Source of the DNA: a virus
Virus record (IMG/VR): IMGVR_UViG_3300018080_000105
Span: 64,001-128,000 of that record
DNA: 64,000 nt
Strand: one strand, 5' to 3'
A program made the translations under genes and the position numbers. This document shows, piece by piece, positions 47,182 through 53,259 of the stretch (the first letter of the stretch is position 1; every line of letters starts with the position of its first letter). Below the pieces are notes generated by a model. That model searched no databases, was not told where the DNA came from, and saw only the letters and a program-made list of their open reading frames with translations.

Positions 47182-49089
47182 AGACGACGCCCGAAGTGCA
47201 ATATCCACAGGATTCGTAGAGATCGCGTCCGGGTCTCGGCGCTTCTTCAGCTTTGCCAGTCGAACATCTTGACTGGCCCATGGCGACTTAGACGCTACAC
47301 TGCCTGCAGCTTTCAAAGTCAGCGGGGCAGACCGCCGCGTATTCGGCTCCTTCTTCGCATACAACGGTTTCTTTCTGTCTTCCCGTAACTGCTGCAAGCG
47401 AGTAGCAATATCTTGTAGCATGGGATTCTGCTTAGCTTTTTCAAGCTGTCTTAGCGCCTTCCGCTTATTGGCTCTCGCCCGCATGCGGCCCCACCAGCTA
47501 CCAAGCTGAGCACCGCCAGCAATCCCCAGCGCTCCGCCCCCGGCTGCCCCTAACCACGGAAGTAGCCCTGCCTGTCGCGGCACATGATCCATGGAGCGCA
47601 CCAACGCATACAGTGCGGCGAGTCCAGCGCCCGCACCCGCCAGCCCGCCGCCGGCAGCGCCAACATACGTACCAAATGCCGGATACTTACGAGCGTTGTA
47701 GCTCTCCATGTTCTTCGCGTACTGTGCCTTCCCTTCCGCTGTCTCCGACTCAGGAGAAGCCGCAAAGCCTTCCTGATACGCCTTCCGGCCCTTCTTCCAG
47801 GCGTCAACCTCTTTCCACAATGTCGGTTTCCAGTTTCGCCGCAGATACCGCCACAGTTTGCTTTCGCCTTTTCGCGGTGCTAGGTCAATCGCATGGCCAA
47901 GCTCGTGCATCAGCACACCCGGCGACTTCTTTTGCACAAGTACAGCGTTCGCATGGGGCAAATACATCGACCCAAGGTGCTCAGTTGACCGGTCCGGCGT
48001 AGAGGCGAACGCAGCCGCCAATTCGTCACGGGTGCCTTGCACCCGGTCAAGAAACGAGTCCTCGACCTGTCTGTCAGCAACTCTGTTCGCCATCTCTGCT
48101 GTATTGAACCGATTCCCGTAGACCTTGGCATCATTCAGCTGATACGGCCGAGCAGCTGTCATCGCGTCGCCGATAGCCTGCCACGCCGGAACGTCCGCCT
48201 TTGTGGGCGCCTGCAACTCCTTATCATCGTACACAACCCTCTCCATAAGAGAGTGCACGGGACGTGTCTCTCGTGGCGACACCTCGACGACGACAGCTTC
48301 CTTCTGGAGTTCCGGAATAAGCCCAACCTTATTTCTCAGCGACCCTATCTTGAAGCCTGTCGGAGCACCCAACGCACTGTTCCCGTCCACCGGGGCGTTC
48401 GGACTGTTGGACAGAGCTCCGTACGTGTCGAGCGGATTGGCGGCTGCCGAGCCGGCCATCCCTGGCAGATTGGCTGCCTGGTTCGAGACTCGGGAGGCCA
48501 GGCCATTGTTCAGCTGCCCGCTGCCGGCCATGCCTGGCTGCTGCGCCATGAACTGCTGGGCGCCCTGCTGATTCGGGACTGATGGCTGCGGGGTTGCCAC
48601 CCGCTGAGCATGCTGAACCGGCTGAGCGAGGGCCACAGGCCCCGCCTGCTGCACCGTCCCCAGGGCGGTCTTAATGAGCGTCAGGCTGTGGCCTCGTAGC
48701 GTGTTGCCGTCTGGGAGTCTCATTCCCGCCACGCCCTGCTCTTTCGCTGCCCGCTCAGCAACCTTCTCCATGAAATTCCGCTGTACAGCCGCACACAGCC
48801 GATTTTCTCCCACTCCCACCTCTCCGGCCCTCTTCTCCACGCTCCCACCCGTTAAATACGCTGTACGAGCACTCACAGCCGAATTACCGTTAATTCCGCT
48901 GTACACGCTCTCACACGCTATTTTCTGATTCTGGCTCTCCTGCCAGATCTGATCGATCACGGAGGGATCACCTGCCTGCCACACCCTATCACCCAACGAG
49001 ACAGAGGAACTCTTCACCCCTGGCGCTGAAGCAATCTTCTCGCTCAAACTCAGAGGCTGGTCACCAATCGCGACTTTTTGCCCAGACAT
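47173..49089 (-). CDS. Virion-like protein with HExxH metallopeptidase-like motif
   Basis: PGVLMHELGHAID...EVDAWKKG; Q/A/G-rich linkers, glycine-zipper C-terminal helices; GGAG SD before ATG 49089. Confidence 0.65.
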   Translation of the reverse strand: MSGQKVAIGDQPLSLSEKIASAPGVKSSSVSLGDRVWQAGDPSVIDQIWQESQNQKIACESVYSGINGNSAVSARTAYLTGGSVEKRAGEVGVGENRLCAAVQRNFMEKVAERAAKEQGVAGMRLPDGNTLRGHSLTLIKTALGTVQQAGPVALAQPVQHAQRVATPQPSVPNQQGAQQFMAQQPGMAGSGQLNNGLASRVSNQAANLPGMAGSAAANPLDTYGALSNSPNAPVDGNSALGAPTGFKIGSLRNKVGLIPELQKEAVVVEVSPRETRPVHSLMERVVYDDKELQAPTKADVPAWQAIGDAMTAARPYQLNDAKVYGNRFNTAEMANRVADRQVEDSFLDRVQGTRDELAAAFASTPDRSTEHLGSMYLPHANAVLVQKKSPGVLMHELGHAIDLAPRKGESKLWRYLRRNWKPTLWKEVDAWKKGRKAYQEGFAASPESETAEGKAQYAKNMESYNARKYPAFGTYVGAAGGGLAGAGAGLAALYALVRSMDHVPRQAGLLPWLGAAGGGALGIAGGAQLGSWWGRMRARANKRKALRQLEKAKQNPMLQDIATRLQQLREDRKKPLYAKKEPNTRRSAPLTLKAAGSVASKSPWASQDVRLAKLKKRRDPDAISTNPVDIALRASSGK

Positions 49090-49180
49090 TGCAGGCTCCA
49101 ATAATGACGTCCATGTGCTTGTTCGGTAGACTCCGCAGATAGTTCGGAACCCTACCATTTCACCAGCAGAAAGTCGAGCC

Positions 49181-50698
49181 GTGCCATCTGCAGCGCCCAG
49201 ACGCCAAGAAACCCGTGACGAGAACCGCACCAGTCCCGCTGATCCTGCCCTGTTGAATGCTCCCGCTCCTGACGAGCCTTGGGCTCGTGTCTGGCCCGGA
49301 GAGCGGATCCTCGAAGGTGACATCTTCTACGACGTCACCGCTGGCGAGGAGTCTCAATGGAGGCTCTGTCCTGACGAGTGGGCTGCTCAGCCTGTTCCCT
49401 CTGCCGGGTACGCCATTGCCCGGCTATCCCCTCCCGATGGTTACCGTGGGCTGGAGGGCAGTGATGTCCTGCGAAGCCGAGACCTGGCCTGGAGTGGAGA
49501 GAAGTGGGTGCTGATCCGGGATACCATGCTCAGTGACTTCATCGATCGACCCTTCTCATATGTTGTCGAACGATGGGAGGCAGAGCACAACACCCGGCCT
49601 ATGGTCTGCACCCGTAAGAACCCTGCTGCCAACCAAGTCATTGAGATTCCCACGCATCACCGGAAGCTCTGGGCCAGTGAGGCCATCCGCCGAGGGGACA
49701 AGTACGTTGTCGGGGCCAGTGATATGGATGATTGGGCTGATGTGCCCGTCAGCATGCACGGCCTGATCGTCGAAGACCCTGAAGAATCCAACGATTTCGT
49801 GCGATACTGCCGGCCGGTCAGTCCCAATGCCCAGATCTGGTACGTAGACCCGCTGGCCGAAGAAGGAGGCGTCGGAGGTCGCCAGGATCCATTCAAATCA
49901 CTGGACCAGGCCAAACACACCATTTCAGTGGCTGCTGAGGCCGCTGGGACGCCTGCGTTCGGTATCATCCTCAGTGTCAGTGGCAAACCGCTGCTGGTCT
50001 ATGACCTACCCGAGCCAGAAGCCGAAGAACCTCCTGCTCCCGAACTGCCCGTTGAAGAGATTCCCGATCGGGAAGAATCGACGGCTGAGGCGATTATGGA
50101 GGACCCGGAAGCCCTCCCACAACCGGTCGGTGATCCCGATCGGGAAAAATCAGATGAAATCGAAGGGGGTTTGTATGACATGCTCCGGGAAGACTCAAAC
50201 AAAGACACGCCGACCACAGAAGACACGTCTTTAATGAAAGAGTCAGCGCAGCTTATCCAAAGTGACCTGGAAAGTGAGCCCGAGCTCGAACAGCTGTTTC
50301 AGGACGCCCGCCAACACGAAGACCAGAAAGTAGAAGAAATGCTCACCGGCACCTGTGAACAGATGGCCGCTCACCTGGAAGTGGGCATGAAGGTCGTCAT
50401 GGACCAGTCGGAACGTGTCCGGCCCCCGCAATACACCCGGACCAACGTGTCTGATGTCATCGAAAAGGGCGATCTGTGGTTCGGCCCGATCGATGGTGAC
50501 TTTGAAGTGCTGATGTGGCAGCCTGTTCCCGCTACGATGATCGGCCAAAAGGCGGGAGATCTCCTTGAATACCTGCTCGCCCGCAAACGGACAACCAAAG
50601 CCCGCCTGCCTGCAGAGATCCGCCAACAGGTGGTTCTGCGACTCGAAGAGATCCATACTGCGATGGATCAACTCAAAGACCTGCTGAACCTGGAGTAA
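49181..50698 (+). CDS. Acidic hypothetical protein with repeated short W-containing modules
   Basis: 505 aa; recurring LEG(D/S)/I.RGD...W.P modules. Confidence 0.7.
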   Translation: MPSAAPRRQETRDENRTSPADPALLNAPAPDEPWARVWPGERILEGDIFYDVTAGEESQWRLCPDEWAAQPVPSAGYAIARLSPPDGYRGLEGSDVLRSRDLAWSGEKWVLIRDTMLSDFIDRPFSYVVERWEAEHNTRPMVCTRKNPAANQVIEIPTHHRKLWASEAIRRGDKYVVGASDMDDWADVPVSMHGLIVEDPEESNDFVRYCRPVSPNAQIWYVDPLAEEGGVGGRQDPFKSLDQAKHTISVAAEAAGTPAFGIILSVSGKPLLVYDLPEPEAEEPPAPELPVEEIPDREESTAEAIMEDPEALPQPVGDPDREKSDEIEGGLYDMLREDSNKDTPTTEDTSLMKESAQLIQSDLESEPELEQLFQDARQHEDQKVEEMLTGTCEQMAAHLEVGMKVVMDQSERVRPPQYTRTNVSDVIEKGDLWFGPIDGDFEVLMWQPVPATMIGQKAGDLLEYLLARKRTTKARLPAEIRQQVVLRLEEIHTAMDQLKDLLNLE

Positions 50699-50701
50699 CC
50701 A

Positions 50702-51610
50702 ATGACCCGGCACATGGATATGCACGAAGGACCGCCGCCTCCACCCGACACCTACAACGTGGAGGCCTACTGCCACAACTGTGAATACGAAGGCGAAGCG
50801 GAAATCCCCAAAGGGACCAAGGTCGACGATGCCGACTGTCCTCGTTGTGGCTGTGATTGCCTGCAGGTCAAAGCCAAATTCACTGACGACCGTGTAGAAG
50901 CCGCACCCGCTGAAGAAGTTATCGAAGATTTTCTCCGCTGGCCGCCATCACAGCTCCGCGGCCCGATTAGCCCTGCGGGAGTCCCTGCCGATAACACTCC
51001 GCAGCCGCAGTGGTACTACTGCAACGACGACAGCACGCTACGCCATGCAGATCTGCAACCACCAACTGGCGACAGAACCTTTGCTGAAAGCATTCTGCGA
51101 GCAGCCGGCGGCACAATCCACCATCAGGTTCATCCGGATGGGCGGCACACGCTGAACGGGCGGGAAATCACACTTGACCAACTGAATACCGTCACCAGTG
51201 TTGATACGCCTCTTAGCGAGCGTGTCGGCATTCTAGGACAGATTGGTGTCATTCCGCCTGGTTCACAGACAAGCGGCGACGTTGTTGTCGGGCATTACCA
51301 CAACTCGCCACCACCGCCTCCACTGGGCAGAGGCCTCACTGCTGCGCCTATGGACGCTCACGGTGTTGACAACGTACCCTCGGGCGAAGGCACGCTCGCA
51401 GTAGGTTCTCCACAGGTACCGCCAGGGCTCCTGGACACCGCTACGATCGACACCACGACGCTCGACACATTGCTGTCACTTATTGACGAAGCGGCAGAGA
51501 TCGACCCAACCATGAGCGAGCCGAGTGTTGATCCTGACGAACCGGAACCCGTCAACACAGATCCACGACTGGGTGATCCTGATGGAGTACCCTGGGAAGA
51601 CTTTCGGTAA
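50702..51610 (+). CDS. Hypothetical protein with N-terminal zinc ribbon
   Basis: YCHNC...CPRCGC; GGAG SD; P/T/D-rich tail. Confidence 0.65.
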   Translation: MTRHMDMHEGPPPPPDTYNVEAYCHNCEYEGEAEIPKGTKVDDADCPRCGCDCLQVKAKFTDDRVEAAPAEEVIEDFLRWPPSQLRGPISPAGVPADNTPQPQWYYCNDDSTLRHADLQPPTGDRTFAESILRAAGGTIHHQVHPDGRHTLNGREITLDQLNTVTSVDTPLSERVGILGQIGVIPPGSQTSGDVVVGHYHNSPPPPPLGRGLTAAPMDAHGVDNVPSGEGTLAVGSPQVPPGLLDTATIDTTTLDTLLSLIDEAAEIDPTMSEPSVDPDEPEPVNTDPRLGDPDGVPWEDFR

Positions 51611-51618
51611 ATAAGAAC
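51606..51618 (+). promoter_or_regulatory. Dispersed 13-mer GGTAAATAAGAAC, copy 6
   Basis: Exact copy; contains the TAA stop of 50702..51610. Confidence 0.7.
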
Positions 51619-51621
51619 GAG

Positions 51622-51651
51622 GGGCGGCCCGGCACGGCCGCCCTGTTCTTT
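51622..51651. terminator. Terminator-like hairpin between convergent genes
   Basis: GGGCGGCC-CGGCAC-GGCCGCCC followed by TGTTCTTT. Confidence 0.65.
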
Positions 51652-51658
51652 CAGCAGG

Positions 51659-52315
51659 CTACGCCCACTCGACAACGCGGAACTTGCCGTAGCGACCACG
51701 CCAGGTTCCCAGGCCAACAGCGGTGCCACCTTCCTCGAAGATGTTCTTCACCTGCTGTTCCTGGATCTGATTGTTCGGCAGCAATGTCAGCTGGAACTCC
51801 AGAGCCCACGGCAGTGGCAGCACTGGTCGCACTTTGGGGTTAGGCACGCCGTCCTTCAACCGGGCGACGTTCCGCAGGATGTAGGCCCCTGTGGTGGGGC
51901 AGGTCTCCGTGTCCGGATCAAAGCCAGAAAACACCAGCGGCTCGTCATCACGCGTCAGTACCAGGTTCTCCCCGTGGCGGGGATCCGTCGACATGATCGA
52001 CACGAAGCTCCCGCACGCTTCCGTGAACTTCTTGTACTTCCGGGAGTCGAGCAGCCTCTTGGGTGCGGAGTCCGTATTCTTGGCGGAGAGGAAACTCATT
52101 ACGTTGTTCGACGGCAGTACGAGAGTACATCCGTCTGATGCGAAGTAGAATTTCTGTGATGGGGTCAACTTGGTGTCGTTGTCCCCGGGGTAACGATCGA
52201 ACATCAGAGGCGTCAGCCCCTCCAGTTTCACCGTTCTGCATACTACGTTCCTTGTGCCCGCTTCTGATCGGGTCGTTGGAGGTGTTGATGGAGTTGTTGG
52301 TGATACAGTCGACAT
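51659..52315 (-). CDS. vipr: Stand-alone Cas7/RAMP-like protein (Vipr-like RNA-guided effector)
   Basis: N-terminal strand VKLEGLTPLMF; LVLPSNNVMSFL; RP.LP.PW.LEFQL; C-terminal glycine-rich loop GGTAVGLGTWRGRYGKFRV typical of RAMPs. Adjacent to a GGY-NN array; no other cas genes in the window. Symbol assigned from recalled system architecture. Confidence 0.8.
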   Translation of the reverse strand: MSTVSPTTPSTPPTTRSEAGTRNVVCRTVKLEGLTPLMFDRYPGDNDTKLTPSQKFYFASDGCTLVLPSNNVMSFLSAKNTDSAPKRLLDSRKYKKFTEACGSFVSIMSTDPRHGENLVLTRDDEPLVFSGFDPDTETCPTTGAYILRNVARLKDGVPNPKVRPVLPLPWALEFQLTLLPNNQIQEQQVKNIFEEGGTAVGLGTWRGRYGKFRVVEWA

Positions 52316-52323
52316 AAAACATT

Positions 52324-52373
52324 CCTCATTCTATGAGGTCCTTGTGAGTGTGCCAGGGACCATCCCCGGCACA
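52324..52373 (-). promoter_or_regulatory. Two hairpins in the 5' leader of the Cas7-like gene, one occluding the SD
   Basis: 11-bp stem at 52349-52373; CCTCAT-AGA-ATGAGG at 52324-52338 covers most of the GAGGA SD (52327-52323). Confidence 0.55.
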
Positions 52374-52376
52374 AAG

Positions 52377-52963
52377 TAACCATGCCTTTCCTCGCCATGA
52401 TGTGCCGACCATGGGTGAAAATGGTAGCCTTGCCTTGCCACGCCACGCCACTCCTCGCCCCGCCGGTCCTTGCCCTGCAGAGCCGCGCCGAGCCGTGATG
52501 ACTCAACGTAAAAGAACACGCGAGCCTTGCCTTGCCTTGCCACGCCCCGCCCAGCCTTTCCTTGCCTTGCAGAGCCGCGCCGAGCCGTGATGGCTCAATG
52601 TAAAAGAACATGCTTGCCTTGCCTTGCCACGCCCTGCCCAGCCTGTCCTTGCCCTGCAGAGCCGCGCCGAGCCGTGATGGCTCAATGTAAAAAACATGCT
52701 TGCCTTGCCATGCTATTCCGCGCCGTGCCCAGCCTTGCCGCGACTCGCCTTGCCGTGATGGCTCAACGTAAAAGAACATGCTTGCCTTGCCTTGCCGCTC
52801 CTTGCCTGGCCAGGCCATGCCTGTCCTCGCCTTACCCTGCAGAGCCCCGCCAGGCCATGCTGGCTCAACGTAAAAGAACATGCTTGCCTTGCCTTGCCCT
52901 TCCCTGCCACGCCCTGCCACTCCTCGCCTCTCCTTGCCATGCAGCGCCGTACCTAGCCGGGCC
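52377..52963 (-). ncRNA. GGY-NN pentamer guide array (VIPR-like vrRNA array): 6 full units + 1 short
   Basis: Tracts 52963-52884 (16 pentamers), 52856-52782 (15), 52754-52700 (11), 52673-52614 (12), 52586-52522 (13), 52494-52425 (14), 52396-52377 (4). Of 81 triplets: 62 GGC, 10 GGA, 5 TGC, 2 GGT, 1 GTC, 1 AGC. Confidence 0.85.
52495..52883 (-). repeat. Five copies of the array linker GC(A/G)TGTTCTTTTAC(G/A)TTGAG(C/T)CA(TCAC/GCAT)
   Basis: 52883-52857, 52781-52755, 52699-52674 (1-nt shorter), 52613-52587, 52521-52495. Confidence 0.9.
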
Positions 52964-52973
52964 TGGTTATGCT

Positions 52974-53138
52974 TCAATAGCACTCCCAAGGAGGAGCGTT
53001 CCCTAGTTCCCTGTGCGTGGGGAACCGGGCTCTCAGGCGTTCATAGATCTCACGGTACTTCGCAGCCCGCTCTTCGTTGGCACCCACTCCCTTCGGGGCC
53101 TCGTCGGATTCACAATACTCTGCGTACTCTTTCGACAC
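52974..53138 (-). CDS. Small charged protein just upstream of the array (unlisted)
   Basis: VSKEYAEYCESDEAPKG...WECY*; frame also open from ATT 53207, 5 nt after AAAGGAGG; stop 10 nt before the first pentamer. Confidence 0.4.
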   Translation of the reverse strand: MSKEYAEYCESDEAPKGVGANEERAAKYREIYERLRARFPTHRELGNAPPWECY

Positions 53139-53227
53139 TGCCTCGGCCAGTCCTGGCCTTGCATCAGCGTTGAATACGAATGGTGGCGCAGACGGATAGA
53201 TCGAAATCAGGTCCTCCTTTCAGTGAA

Positions 53228-53246
53228 GGCCGGCGACATGCCGGCC
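53228..53246. terminator. 7-bp GC hairpin after 53260..55107
   Basis: GGCCGGC-GACAT-GCCGGCC. Confidence 0.4.
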
Positions 53247-53259
53247 GGGGTGGTTTTTC

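Noticed and set aside
52377-52963. Reading the array as CRISPR, TIGR or a simple microsatellite
   Set aside because: No 30-40 nt unique spacers between palindromic repeats, no box C/D 36-nt units, and variation is confined to two of five positions with a conserved linker.
52349-53025. Type I-E CRISPR repeat-like halves (GTTCCCCACGCAC near 53013-53025; GGGGATGGTCCC near 52356-52367)
   Set aside because: Only half-matches about 650 nt apart, each explained by a local hairpin; no array.
53144-53163. Four pentamer-like units upstream of the array (TGC AA GGC CA GGA CT GGC CG)
   Set aside because: Too short, no linker; plausible by chance in GC-rich DNA.
52243-53173. Long ORFs across the array (52243..52989 -, 52527..53006 +, 52348..52590 +, etc.)
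   Set aside because: They stay open only because the pentamer repeat lacks stops; translations (ARQG/PCLA runs) are repeat artefacts and conservation has period 5, not 3.
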